Shown: positions 38,653 to 48,312 of the stretch, piece after piece
How positions within the stretch are numbered: position 1 is the first letter of the stretch
Layout: the number at the start of each line of letters is the position of its first letter
Source of the DNA: an uncultured delta proteobacterium
GTDB taxonomy: Bacteria; Desulfobacterota; RBG-13-43-22
Direction of reading: 5' to 3'
Length of the DNA stretch: 64,000 bases
Assembly: GCA_963790475.1 (NCBI GenBank)
Contig: CAWBOS010000010.1
Coordinates: 448,001 to 512,000, forward strand
Translations under genes and position numbers: made by a program
Notes under the pieces: generated by a model
What the model saw: only the letters and a program-made list of their open reading frames with translations
Database searches by the model: none
What the model was told of the DNA's origin: nothing

Positions 38653-40461
38653 TTATTTAGGCAGGGTTTTCCGGTAGAACTCGATATATTTGACCAGTTC
38701 CCGTTTCAAGTCTTTTCGTTCGGTTACCTGATGAATGCCACGGATGTCAAAAAAATAATCCAGATGCTGATAAATCAGACCCGATAACTGCTGGAGGGAA
38801 TTGGACCGAACCAGGCCTTCATCCACTTCAAACCCCCTGGAGGCCATGACCCGTGGTCCGGTGAAAATAACCAGGGCGTTGGGTTCAGCCAGAATAATAT
38901 CTCCCAAAGAGGCATAACTGGCAATAGCCCCGCCGGTGGAAGGGTCTCCCAAAATCGAAATAAAAGGCAGACCCTGTTTTTTCAAGCGATTTATCGAAGC
39001 AATGGTTTTGACCATCTGCATCAAGGCCAGGATCCCTTCGTACAAATTGGCCCCACCGGAACAGCAAAGACTAATGAAAGGGTATTTTTTTTCAATAGCC
39101 AGATCTATGGCCCTTTTGAACTTTTCCCCAAAGGCCACCCCCATCGAACCGCCGCCGAAATAAAATTCAGAAATGGCCAGCATGACCGGTTGACCGAAAA
39201 TCAAAGCCTCACCAGTGACCAGGGAGTCATTGAAATGAGAACGTTGTTTATCCAGAAAATCCCGGTAATACTGGGTGATCGTTTGATTGTCCAGAAGACT
39301 TTCCGCCGTTAAATTCCGGTTGATCTCAAAGAAGCTGTCCGGATCTGAGAGGCATTCAATCCAGCCTCCGGCATCGAGGATGTTCTGCCGGTTACAATAA
39401 GGGCAGACCTGATAATTTTTTAAATAGTCCTCCAGTTTTATTAAGCGGCCGCAGCCTCCGGAAGATTTAGCACTTCGCTCCTGGCCGCAGCGGATATACT
39501 CCTGGTTAAGTTCTAACGGTTCAATGCCGGCATAGTCATCGGGAATTTGGGTGGGGCTGTGATAGGTGACCACCTGGATATCGGGCGGCACCTTGTAAAA
39601 AAATTTTTTGATTGGTTTTTCCAGGAGCTGCCTCAGTTCATGAAGCTTGCCGTGATGCCGGGGCAATCCATAAGCCAAGGCCCTTTTTTCCCGGTGTTCC
39701 AGAAGTCTTTTAACCTTGGTTCGGAAAAGATCCCGGATAGATCTTTGAAGGTAATGCTCAATAGGGGTGACAAATCCTTTCAGGTCTTTAATATCTTCCG
39801 GTACGGGAAGGACCTGATCGATCACTCCTATTTTTTTAAGATCCTGGGCGGTTGGTTTGGAGATCAGCAAAGCCTCCCGGATTCGGGAATCGTCCCGAAA
39901 AATAATGGAAGCCATGGATTCGGGAGGGGCCGTAGCATATAAGGCGTCTTCCAGTTGGGCCCTCCGGTCGGTAACCTGGAGGGCCAACGCCCCTCCGCTT
40001 CCCCCTTCGCCGATGACTATGGATATCGTCCGGATAGGGATGGTGAGGAACTCGTAGATCAAATGACTGATAAAATAGGCCTGAAACCGTCGGGCTGAGG
40101 TCATGGAGATGTCGGCCCCATAAGTGTCAATCAAACAAAGAATAATCAGCTCGTTGGGATCCATGGATCGGGCCTGTTTCAATATCCCCAGGATTTGGGA
40201 GTGTTCATCGGCAGACAACATACCCAGATTGAGTTTTTTGGCATTTTCGGAGTTTCGTAATTTTTCCAGACTCGGTTTTTCCTGACCGATGACCAGGACC
40301 CTCTTGTCCAGATATTTAGCCTCGCCGCAGATTAAGGATTCTCCGCTCGGAGAAAAAGGTTTGAAATGGGTAAAGAGGTTTTGAATCAGATGGGAAGATC
40401 TCGGGCGAAAGGGATTGCGCGTTCGACGTTTAAAAATTTCGACAATATCTTCTTCTTTCAT
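38653..40461 (-). CDS. Acetyl-CoA carboxylase carboxyltransferase, fused alpha-beta subunits
   Basis: N-half IDTYGA, IGEGGSGGALAL (AccA); C-half Cys zinc finger, GGSMG, SGGA..EG...LMQM, PSTGG (AccD). Confidence 0.85.
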   Translation of the reverse strand: MKEEDIVEIFKRRTRNPFRPRSSHLIQNLFTHFKPFSPSGESLICGEAKYLDKRVLVIGQEKPSLEKLRNSENAKKLNLGMLSADEHSQILGILKQARSMDPNELIILCLIDTYGADISMTSARRFQAYFISHLIYEFLTIPIRTISIVIGEGGSGGALALQVTDRRAQLEDALYATAPPESMASIIFRDDSRIREALLISKPTAQDLKKIGVIDQVLPVPEDIKDLKGFVTPIEHYLQRSIRDLFRTKVKRLLEHREKRALAYGLPRHHGKLHELRQLLEKPIKKFFYKVPPDIQVVTYHSPTQIPDDYAGIEPLELNQEYIRCGQERSAKSSGGCGRLIKLEDYLKNYQVCPYCNRQNILDAGGWIECLSDPDSFFEINRNLTAESLLDNQTITQYYRDFLDKQRSHFNDSLVTGEALIFGQPVMLAISEFYFGGGSMGVAFGEKFKRAIDLAIEKKYPFISLCCSGGANLYEGILALMQMVKTIASINRLKKQGLPFISILGDPSTGGAIASYASLGDIILAEPNALVIFTGPRVMASRGFEVDEGLVRSNSLQQLSGLIYQHLDYFFDIRGIHQVTERKDLKRELVKYIEFYRKTLPK

Positions 40462-40763
40462 GAATAGTCCTCTGAGAATCGGCCTTGAGCGGTGCCCGAC
40501 CGGCTTTGCATAAATAGCCTGAAAACATTCGGTTCTTCAGACGAGAGCAGGGATCCAGACGTCGTCCCGACGAAAGACGGATCAGGTCCGGGGGAGGCGT
40601 CTGGAACCGGTTCCTTTTCTAGATTCCCGTTTCCAAGGGAATGACATACACGGGGCACTTTATTTTCAGCTAATGGGCAAGGATTTTTTTAAAGAAAGAT
40701 TGTTACAAAATTACCTGAATAAGTCAAGGATAAAGGATTCCAGCCGATAATTATAAAATTTCC

Positions 40764-40792
40764 TTGCAAGATTTATTTCTTCTGAATATAAT
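40764..40792 (+). promoter_or_regulatory. Sigma70 promoter of tRNA-His
   Basis: TTGCAA-17 nt-TATAAT. Confidence 0.65.
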
Positions 40793-40803
40793 CGGAGTTT
40801 CAT

Positions 40804-40882
40804 GGTGAGTGTAGCTCAGTTTGGTTAGAGCACCAGGTTGTGGCCCTGGGGGTCGAGGGTTCGAGTCCCTTCACTCACCCCA
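40804..40882 (+). tRNA. tRNA-His(GTG)
   Basis: G-1, GTGAGTG/CACTCAC acceptor, anticodon loop TTGTGGC, CCA. Confidence 0.95.
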
Positions 40883-40921
40883 TTGTTTTTCCACTGATCC
40901 GGATTCAAAGGAAATTGCCAT

Positions 40922-41584
40922 TTGAGACTGTCATTGAGAGTCTTCGCAAAAATCGCTTGTTTATTGTGCGTTGTCCTGACCCTGTATGCCTGCTCCTCGC
41001 ATAGTTCCGATTCAGGTGGTGGCGGTTATTCATCGGATTATCAATTCCTTTATGACCACAATGCCAAAGAATTGAATGGGTACACAGTGCGTTGGGCATC
41101 AAACACCATAAAAGTCTATACCGGGGGAATTTCAGGGGCGGAGTCAGACATTAATCATTGGGCAGGGCCGGTGAATTTTCAATTCGTCGGAAGTCCTCCT
41201 TCGGACGGGATTTCCTTCAGTACCGTCAGTTCAAGCGGTTACTGCGGGGTAACAAATACTTTTTATTACAATTCCGGCAGGCTCTATCAAGCACAAGTAA
41301 GGATTGATTCCAATCAGATTTTTTGCCGCGGGGGTCTTGATAATTCGGTCACCCATGAAATGGGACATGCCCTCGGTTTTTTTGGCCATACTTCCAATGG
41401 AGGGCTTATGGATCCTGACGGAGGAAATGGGAATATTACTTCGCAGGTGAGAAGATTCATGAACCTTCTTTATAGTAACCCTTACGGTACGGATATCACC
41501 CCTTATCTTTCTTTGAAACCCAAGGCGCTTGGCAGGCTCTACCAACCAAACGGCACCCAAACCATAGAAAGGGTTGATTATTGA
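40922..41584 (+). CDS. Zinc metalloprotease lipoprotein (matrixin/metzincin-like)
   Basis: LYAC lipobox; HEMGHALGFFGH followed by LM Met-turn. Confidence 0.8.
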   Translation: MRLSLRVFAKIACLLCVVLTLYACSSHSSDSGGGGYSSDYQFLYDHNAKELNGYTVRWASNTIKVYTGGISGAESDINHWAGPVNFQFVGSPPSDGISFSTVSSSGYCGVTNTFYYNSGRLYQAQVRIDSNQIFCRGGLDNSVTHEMGHALGFFGHTSNGGLMDPDGGNGNITSQVRRFMNLLYSNPYGTDITPYLSLKPKALGRLYQPNGTQTIERVDY

Positions 41585-42015
41585 TTAAAGCAACCTTCCT
41601 TCTTTTTCTTGCCCTTTTATTGGCTTCTAACGGACTGGCCTGCCGGGAGATCCCCAAAAGGTTCTCGCCCTCCATGGTTAATGTCATGATTCATGATATG
41701 ACCTGCAACGATGTTAACGACAGACTTATAAAGGAATTTAAAAATCAACACCTTCCGTTCGAGTGGATAGACAAAGAGCGGGGACTCTTATCTGTTGGTC
41801 CAGCGATTACCCCTCCCTTGTCATCAGATTCTTTTGTAAAAATGGAAGAAACGTATCAATTAGAAATAAAATGTATCGATCCGATCAGTACCCGAATTTC
41901 AGTCCAGATAAAACTGAAAGGCTTTTCTTCGGACAATAGGTGGGTAGAGATTAAAGAGGCGGAGAAGTTAACCGCTTATGGAAAACGGTTTTTAGACAGT
42001 TTCATCAATAAATAA
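41581..42015 (+). CDS. Hypothetical exported protein
   Basis: Signal peptide; overlaps the upstream stop. Confidence 0.6.
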   Translation: MIKATFLLFLALLLASNGLACREIPKRFSPSMVNVMIHDMTCNDVNDRLIKEFKNQHLPFEWIDKERGLLSVGPAITPPLSSDSFVKMEETYQLEIKCIDPISTRISVQIKLKGFSSDNRWVEIKEAEKLTAYGKRFLDSFINK

Positions 42016-42145
42016 TAACCAGGCATTGCCTTTTAACAACGGGCGATCGGATTAAAATCATCTCAAATATCATTTTCCTCCGCCTACCCCACCCGAGATC
42101 TTTGTATTCAAAAAAATGGTTACATTTTTAAAAACGGAAAATTTT

Positions 42146-42811
42146 ATGATTAATCCATCACTATTTTTTTCCCCCGAACAATGGGGATTGATCCGGAAAC
42201 TGGTTCAAAAAGAAATGAACTTGTCACCACCCAGCCACGGCTGGGATCATGTCCAACGGGTCTATGAACTGTGCCTCAAAATAGGAAAAAAAGAAAAGGC
42301 CGATTTGACGATTCTGGGTTTGGCCGCCCTACTGCATGACATCGGACGAAAAGAAGAACAGGCTTCCAAAGGGAAAATCTGCCATGCCCAGGTTGGGGCT
42401 GAAAAGGCTGATGGATTTTTAGCTCGACTGGGAGTTCCTGATCCGATCAAAAAAGAGGTTCTCCACTGTATTCGCAGTCATCGTTTCCGGGGAAAGCAGG
42501 TGCCTAATTCCCTGGAGGCCAGAATATTATTTGATGCCGACAAACTGGATTCCATAGGAGCCGTGGGTCTGGGCCGGGCTTTCCTTTTTGCGGGGGAGGT
42601 CGGGGCCAGGCTTCATAATTCCCACCAGGACCTTTCCAAAACCGTTTCCTACAGCCAGGAAGATACCGCCTATCGGGAATTTCAGGTTAAACTGATCAAG
42701 ATTAAAGACCGGATGTTGACTTCTTCGGGAAGATCATTGGCTGAAGGCCGGCATCGGTTTATGATTCGATTTTTTAAACGGCTGGATGAAGAAGTGAAAG
42801 GAAAAAGATAA
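42146..42811 (+). CDS. HD-domain phosphohydrolase
   Basis: HGWDHVQRV, LLHDIGR, DADKLDSIGAVG. Confidence 0.88.
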   Translation: MINPSLFFSPEQWGLIRKLVQKEMNLSPPSHGWDHVQRVYELCLKIGKKEKADLTILGLAALLHDIGRKEEQASKGKICHAQVGAEKADGFLARLGVPDPIKKEVLHCIRSHRFRGKQVPNSLEARILFDADKLDSIGAVGLGRAFLFAGEVGARLHNSHQDLSKTVSYSQEDTAYREFQVKLIKIKDRMLTSSGRSLAEGRHRFMIRFFKRLDEEVKGKR

Positions 42812-42817
42812 AGACTT

Positions 42818-42910
42818 TTCACCGCAGAGCCCCAGAGGGCGCAAAGAAAAAATATTTTTCGATTGTCGGTGAGTGGCCGACAATCGAAAAGCTTCGCTAC
42901 CCTCGGGTAA
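42818..42910 (+). repeat. Family A element, left half immediately upstream of the GxxExxY gene
   Basis: TTCACCGCAGAG end, hairpin TTTTCGATTGTCGG-TGAGTGG-CCGACAATCGAAAA, CTTCGCTACCCTCGGGTAA. Confidence 0.8.
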
Positions 42911-42934
42911 GGTTTTGGTTCTCAAGGGGGAGAA

Positions 42935-43324
42935 ATGAGTTTGGATCTCAACCAATTAAGCAGTGAAATAATTGGTGTCGCTATTGAGGTACATAAAGAA
43001 TTAGGGCCTGGATTGCTTGAATCAACATATGAAGAATGTATGTGCTATGAATTTCGCATCAGAAATATCAGTTTCGAGAGGCAGAAACCGATGCCAATCA
43101 CTTATAAAGGTAATACATTGGACTGTGGTTACCGCTTGGACATACTTGTTGAGCATGCGATTATAATTGAATTGAAAGCCTGTGAGAAACTTGAGCCAAT
43201 TCATAAAGCACAGCTCTTGACTTATCTCAAATTGTCAAATCTTAAACTAGGATTGATTCTGAACTTTAATGTGCCTCTAATGCGGGATGGAATAACAAGA
43301 GTAGTCAACAAGCTGGATGAATAA
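42935..43324 (+). CDS. GxxExxY protein (PD-(D/E)XK nuclease fold)
   Basis: VHKELGPGLLESTYEEC, YRLDILVE..IIIELK, AQLLTYLK, GLILNF. Confidence 0.92.
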   Translation: MSLDLNQLSSEIIGVAIEVHKELGPGLLESTYEECMCYEFRIRNISFERQKPMPITYKGNTLDCGYRLDILVEHAIIIELKACEKLEPIHKAQLLTYLKLSNLKLGLILNFNVPLMRDGITRVVNKLDE

Positions 43325-43361
43325 TTTGTATTGCTTGATAGAACTTTTTCAACCGACTGCT

Positions 43362-43552
43362 TTCACCGCAGAGTCGCAGAGGACGCAGAGAAGAATATTT
43401 ATCAATTGCCGTTGAGAGGCCGGCAATTGATAACCTTCGCCACCCTCCGGGTAATTATTTGGCCAAAGGCCATAGATGTGCTGTTCAATCCCGCCTCTCA
43501 CGGGATTGAACAACAAGTGTTAGCTCTGCGCTCTTTGCGGCTTTGCGGTGAA
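43362..43552 (+). repeat. Family A element, full copy (191 bp)
   Basis: Terminal inverted repeats plus two hairpins with loops TGAGAGG and CCTCTCA. Confidence 0.85.
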
Positions 43553-43555
43553 AAA

Positions 43556-44149
43556 ATGTATTTAAAAACAAACAAGTCAGTGTGTCAGGCACTCTTTTTA
43601 GACCGGGACGGGGTAATAAATGAAGACCGGGAGGATTATATCAAATCCTGGGAGGAATTCCGGTTTATTAAAGGAGTCCGTCCGGCTTTGAAACAGTTCC
43701 ATCAAGCCGGAATTCCGGTGGTGGTGGTCACTAACCAATCGGTAATTGGACGGGGGTTGGTCACCGAAGGCAAATTGTCGGTTATTCATGACCGAATGTG
43801 TCAAGCCGTCCAAAAATCAGGCGGCCGGATAACCAAGATTTATTATTGCCCCCATCACCCTGATGACCATTGCCGATGCCGGAAGCCTCGCATCGGGATG
43901 TTGAAAAAGGCGGCCCGGGAATTAAGCTTGGATTTAAAAAAATGCATTTTCGTAGGGGATGCCCTCAAGGATATCCAAGCCGGAAAACGCGCGGGATGTC
44001 GAACCCTCCTGGTTCAAACCGGACAAGGGAGGGAATCCTTAATAAAAGTCCTTTCGCGGAAAACACGGATAAAACCGGATTGGGTTTGCGCGTCCTTGAC
44101 CGAAGCAACGCCTTTGATTTTGGATTGTTTCCGGAAAGCGAAACTATGA
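43556..44149 (+). CDS. gmhB: D-glycero-beta-D-manno-heptose 1,7-bisphosphate 7-phosphatase
   Basis: FLDRDGVIN, VTNQS, YCPHHPDDHCRCRKP, VGD...DIQAG. Confidence 0.88.
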   Translation: MYLKTNKSVCQALFLDRDGVINEDREDYIKSWEEFRFIKGVRPALKQFHQAGIPVVVVTNQSVIGRGLVTEGKLSVIHDRMCQAVQKSGGRITKIYYCPHHPDDHCRCRKPRIGMLKKAARELSLDLKKCIFVGDALKDIQAGKRAGCRTLLVQTGQGRESLIKVLSRKTRIKPDWVCASLTEATPLILDCFRKAKL

Positions 44150-44230
44150 GACGGTACTAATGATGAAGATTGAACTTCCGGTTCTGCCGGTGGTTATAAC
44201 CAAATTGGGGAGGCCGAAGGCCCGTGTAAA

Positions 44231-44533
44231 CTAAGCGGCGTAGAGGCTTTTTGCCTCGTCAGCCTTGAGCGATTTGTCAGGAGCAGTTTTCCCATTTGTC
44301 CACAGTTCGTATTCACTCAGGTCAATATCATCACTCCACGAAATCCCATACCTCCCTGGATCAACTTGAACAGCATTGAAAAAAGCAGGATTCGCAAGCA
44401 AGTCAAACTGCGGTCCAGAAAGAAGAAAACTACAATCATAAATTTTTTTAATTCCATTCTCGAAAGTGACGAGTAATCGCGCATCCCCTATGGGTTGTAC
44501 AGAGTTAATTTTTGGTATCTTTTCCATGTTCAA
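44231..44533 (-). CDS. DUF2442 domain protein (putative antitoxin)
   Basis: LLVTFENG..K.YD...F..V.VD...YGISWSDDIDL. Confidence 0.75.
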   Translation of the reverse strand: MNMEKIPKINSVQPIGDARLLVTFENGIKKIYDCSFLLSGPQFDLLANPAFFNAVQVDPGRYGISWSDDIDLSEYELWTNGKTAPDKSLKADEAKSLYAA

Positions 44534-44648
44534 TTTACTCCAATCCGGGCAGTTGCTTATATTCCTTTTATTGGGTTGGGTCCCAATTCCTCGAGGTAAA
44601 GCCGTATCCCCTTAATAGATCTGTCCCCTTCATGAAAGTTTATGATCT

Positions 44649-44888
44649 TCACGAGATCGCGGCCCTTGCCCGGCGAAAGGCCTCTTCTGCGGGTATTTCC
44701 TTGGCCTTGCCTTCCTTAAGTTCTTTTAGCCGTCTTTCGGCTTCGGCAACCCAGAGATTAAGATTTTCTTCTTCCGTGGGTGCATCCAGGCTCAGAATAA
44801 GCTTTTCGGCAAGTTGAGCGAGCCTTTCGAGACCGAGGCTCAAAACCTCCGATTCCAAGAATTGAACGATCTTTGATATAGCTCTCAT
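44649..44888 (-). CDS. Putative addiction-module antitoxin component
   Basis: LAEKLILSLD...WVAEAERRLKELKEGKAKEIPAEE. Confidence 0.8.
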   Translation of the reverse strand: MRAISKIVQFLESEVLSLGLERLAQLAEKLILSLDAPTEEENLNLWVAEAERRLKELKEGKAKEIPAEEAFRRARAAIS

Positions 44889-45033
44889 TTAAATATCCTA
44901 AATTTTCTTTTTAAAACTGCCGATATAAGAAGTGCTGGCAAGGTAGGATGGTAGAAAAATCCTTGACAAACATACTTGTCTGGTATTATTTTAATATCAT
45001 TCACCACCCAAAAAGAAAAAGAGGAAACCCAAA

Positions 45034-45348
45034 ATGAATAAAATATTAAAATTAAGATGTTATGGGTTTAAAGCTTCTTCTGGTAAGTGGGAAGGGGTGT
45101 GTCTTGAATTTAATTTAGCTACTCAGGCAGACACATTCGAGCAATTAAGACAAAAGATGAATGAAATTATAATTAGTTATATTGGAAGTGTTTTTGATAC
45201 TACAGACAAATCTTCTATCCCAAGACTATTAAACCGCAAAGCCCCACTTAAAGATTATTTTTTGTATTACTTGATTAAATCAATAAGAACAATAAAAGAC
45301 ATACCCACCCGAATTATCTTCCAAGAATTAGCCCCTCTCCCGGCATAA
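45034..45348 (+). CDS. HicB-like protein
   Basis: WEGVCLEFNLATQADTFEQ RNase-H-like HicB pattern; AT-rich. Confidence 0.65.
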   Translation: MNKILKLRCYGFKASSGKWEGVCLEFNLATQADTFEQLRQKMNEIIISYIGSVFDTTDKSSIPRLLNRKAPLKDYFLYYLIKSIRTIKDIPTRIIFQELAPLPA

Positions 45349-45355
45349 TATTAAA

Positions 45356-45601
45356 ATGGGGGGCCAATATCCACCCTTAGACGAAAACCAAGTAGAGGGT
45401 ATCCTTAAAAAGCTTGGGTTCTACTTGAAAAGACAAAATTCAACGAGTCATGCCCAATGGGAAGGTATTGTTAATGGAGACCGCAAAATAGTAACGGTTG
45501 ATTCATTAAAAAGTAGAAAAGAAAAATATGGGAAATCCCTTCTTAACAGAATGATTAATCAATTTGGCCTTTCGAAAAAAGAATTTTATTCGTATTTATA
45601 G
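45356..45601 (+). CDS. HicA family toxin
   Basis: ILKKLGFYLKRQNSTSHAQW...VTV...LL..MI.Q.GLSKKEFY. Confidence 0.75.
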   Translation: MGGQYPPLDENQVEGILKKLGFYLKRQNSTSHAQWEGIVNGDRKIVTVDSLKSRKEKYGKSLLNRMINQFGLSKKEFYSYL

Positions 45602-45809
45602 AAACGCTCTCCTTATTCCCTGGTTCTTAAACCTTGAACAATCGCCGCCCTTACCGCCTTATCTGGTGAATCGAACATTGTGATAGACTTTTTCCATATG
45701 ACAAACCTATAAAAACAGAAATGGAAACCAAGGATTATAATGAAGCCTTAACCGCGGCCATGGATGATTTAGTAAAAAATCGGAGACACTATCGAAGGAG
45801 ATACGAAGA

Positions 45810-46117
45810 ATGGCCCAGAAGAAAATAGAAATAAAGACCCCCTCAACGTGTTGTGGAACGAAATATTTTATTGGTTGGCGAGATCATGAAATATCTATTA
45901 AATGATCCACAGGTCTTCGATTCTCTCCCGGATAAATTTGAACTGGTTGTCCTGCCCGATGATGATCCTGAGATGCGTTTGTATAACCTGGAGTTATTGG
46001 ATAAGTGGGAGAGCGAAAACAAGCCAATTGTTTTTGCCCGAATTAAAACACTACGGGACAAAGGATCCAATGCCATCAAAACCAAGCCTGTTTGTTCCAA
46101 TTCCTGTTGCGGCCTGA
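45810..46117 (+). pseudogene. DUF5647-like small protein, frameshifted
   Basis: ATG 45810 after AAGGAG is out of frame with VERNILL...LVVLPDDDPEMRLYN; the tail continues in a third frame. Confidence 0.5.
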
Positions 46118-46296
46118 CCCTTTCTTTTTTAACCATACCCCTGAGACCCCTTGAGTAAATTTTATGCGGAGGGATGCTTGGTCCCCTTTCCATCCCTTCC
46201 CACCAAGGGACGTTTTTTCAACCTGGCAAACTTTTTCTTGTCTCCTGAACCCCCTTCCGGTTATTATGAACCTCTCTCTTTCATTCTGAAAGTTTC

Positions 46297-46544
46297 TTGA
46301 AAAGAGGGCCAGGGGATTAAGCTTGGATTTAAAAAAATGTGTTTTTGTTGGAGACAGCCTCAAAGACATTCAGGCCGGAAACCGTGCTTGGATGCCGAAC
46401 CCTCCTGGTTCAGACCGGACAGGGAGGGGAATCCGTAAAAAAATTCTGACCGGAAAAACCAAGATCAAGCCTGATTGGGTCTGCGACTCCTTGGCTTCAT
46501 CTACCGCCGTCTTGCTAGGCTTTTTAAAGGGGGAAGGTTCATAA
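46297..46544 (+). pseudogene. Diverged duplicate of the gmhB 3' end
   Basis: LSLDLKKCVFVGDSLKDIQAG...KTKIKPDWVC parallels 43901-44149. Confidence 0.8.
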
Positions 46545-46547
46545 TTC

Positions 46548-48308
46548 ATGGAGGACGTATTAATAAAAGGACCGGGCTTGAAAGAAAAATTCCACCTTTT
46601 GAACAACAGATATATCCTCTTCCTATTTCTCTTTTTGGCGGCTATCTCTTTGAAACTATTTATTTTTTTGACACTTTCCCAACCCATTGTTTTTTTCAAA
46701 TATCCTTTCTTCGCCGATCAAATAAATAAAGGGATTGATATCGGGGAGCGAATCCTGGATTTGAGCCCCCTTTATCTCTACGGAATGGTCTTACTCCAAA
46801 AAATCTACGGCTCAAACTGGGAGGCCATGATCATCTTCCAGTTGCTGGCCGGAAGCTTAAATTGCATTTTTATTTTTTTGATCGGAGAAAAAATTTTTAA
46901 CCGGACCGTGGGCTTGATAACCGCCGTCTTTTTGATTCTCTATGGGAACCTGACCCTTTTTGAAATGACCTTGGAACCTGACTCTTTTGCCCTTTTTTTA
47001 AATTCACTTTTTGTTCTGACCGTATTCTGGGCACAAGATAAACGTTTATTGAAACAGTCCCCTATCTGGTTCTTGACCGGCGTTATTCTCGGGCTTTCAA
47101 TCATCACCAAACCCAATGCCCTACTTCTTATTCCCTTCTCTTTGGTTTATTTTTTTTGGGTTATTCCCGGGAAAACTGAAAAGATTCAATCAATGCTCCT
47201 TTTTTTGATGGGAATATCCCTAATGGTCCTCCCCGTCACCCTAAGAAATTATGTTAAATTTCATGATCCAGTTTTAGTCACAGCCGATTTCGGCAAGGTT
47301 TTCTTCCACGGTAACGGGCCGGGGGCCACCGGATTGGAGAGAGCCGATTTGCCGAATCAGGGATTCATGGAAGAAACCAGCATAGAACCGGATTATGCCC
47401 ACACCCTTTTTCGAGTAACGGCCAGAAGGCTTTCCGGTCGCCATCTGACCCCCTCGGAGTGCTCCAAGTTTTGGATGTCCCGAACCCTGGAATATATGGC
47501 AGCCCACCCCTGGCAAAGTCTCAAATCGTTTTCTAAGAAATTTATTTTGTTCTGGCTGAACTATGAGGTCCAGGATTTGGATACCAATTATGCCTATTAT
47601 CAAACCATCCGAACGTGGCCGCTATTGCCCTTTGGTTTGGTTTCCGCCTTGGGTCTGGTGGGGATGATCGCGGGCCGGAAAAAATTTAAACAAGCCTATT
47701 GGCCTTATGTAATGGTTTTGATTTATCTGCTGACCCTTATGGTATTTTTCGACGCCTCCCGCTATCGTTTACCGGCCGTTCCTTTTTTATGCCTTTTTGC
47801 CGCTTCCGGTTGTCTATTAACCTGGGATCTTTTCAAGAAGAGATTATTTCCGAGGGGTATGCTCATACTGGGGTCGATCCTCCTTCTTTCAATTTTTTCT
47901 TTCTTTTTTTTGAAGGGAGAGGTCGATGCCCTGGACCGCTGGCAGCAGGCCACGCGAATCCATTATAATCTGGGAGGGAATTTCCATTTTAAAAAAGGAG
48001 AATATAAGGCCGCCATTGAGGAATATAAAAAGGCCATCGCTCTGGCACCCAATTTTGCTCCGGCCTATAACCAATTAGGGAAATCTTATGCCCTTTTGAA
48101 TGCCCAGGGGGAGGCGGAAGAAAACTTTTTAAGAGTAACCGCCCTGTCCCCGAACAGCGATCAGGGGTACATGAATCTTGGTTTTCTTTATGAGTTACGA
48201 GGAGATATCCGTAAAGCCACGGCCTTTTTCCTAAAGGCCTATTCCCTGAATCCCGATAATTTAAAGGTTCGAGAACAATTGAAGCATTTAGAACCCGTTA
48301 AAAAGTGA
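46548..48308 (+). CDS. GT-C fold (PMT/GT39-like) membrane glycosyltransferase with C-terminal TPR
   Basis: Multiple TM helices, PLY, KPN, RNY, RYRLP, TPRs. Confidence 0.75.
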   Translation: MEDVLIKGPGLKEKFHLLNNRYILFLFLFLAAISLKLFIFLTLSQPIVFFKYPFFADQINKGIDIGERILDLSPLYLYGMVLLQKIYGSNWEAMIIFQLLAGSLNCIFIFLIGEKIFNRTVGLITAVFLILYGNLTLFEMTLEPDSFALFLNSLFVLTVFWAQDKRLLKQSPIWFLTGVILGLSIITKPNALLLIPFSLVYFFWVIPGKTEKIQSMLLFLMGISLMVLPVTLRNYVKFHDPVLVTADFGKVFFHGNGPGATGLERADLPNQGFMEETSIEPDYAHTLFRVTARRLSGRHLTPSECSKFWMSRTLEYMAAHPWQSLKSFSKKFILFWLNYEVQDLDTNYAYYQTIRTWPLLPFGLVSALGLVGMIAGRKKFKQAYWPYVMVLIYLLTLMVFFDASRYRLPAVPFLCLFAASGCLLTWDLFKKRLFPRGMLILGSILLLSIFSFFFLKGEVDALDRWQQATRIHYNLGGNFHFKKGEYKAAIEEYKKAIALAPNFAPAYNQLGKSYALLNAQGEAEENFLRVTALSPNSDQGYMNLGFLYELRGDIRKATAFFLKAYSLNPDNLKVREQLKHLEPVKK

Positions 48309-48312
48309 CCCC

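Noticed and set aside
40470-40660. Possible 6S RNA or riboswitch upstream of the carboxyltransferase
   Set aside because: It contains GTCATTCCC..GGGAATCTAG and a CCGGACCTGATCC insert typical of a degenerate family B copy; no recognisable ncRNA consensus.
43331-43555. N-terminal extensions of gmhB (also MBL 37813-37896, transglutaminase 62919-63017, NucS-like 29186-29260) and ORFs 57694-57942, 59286-59603, 62184-62471, 63566-63748
   Set aside because: These are read-through translations of repeat elements, not real coding sequence.
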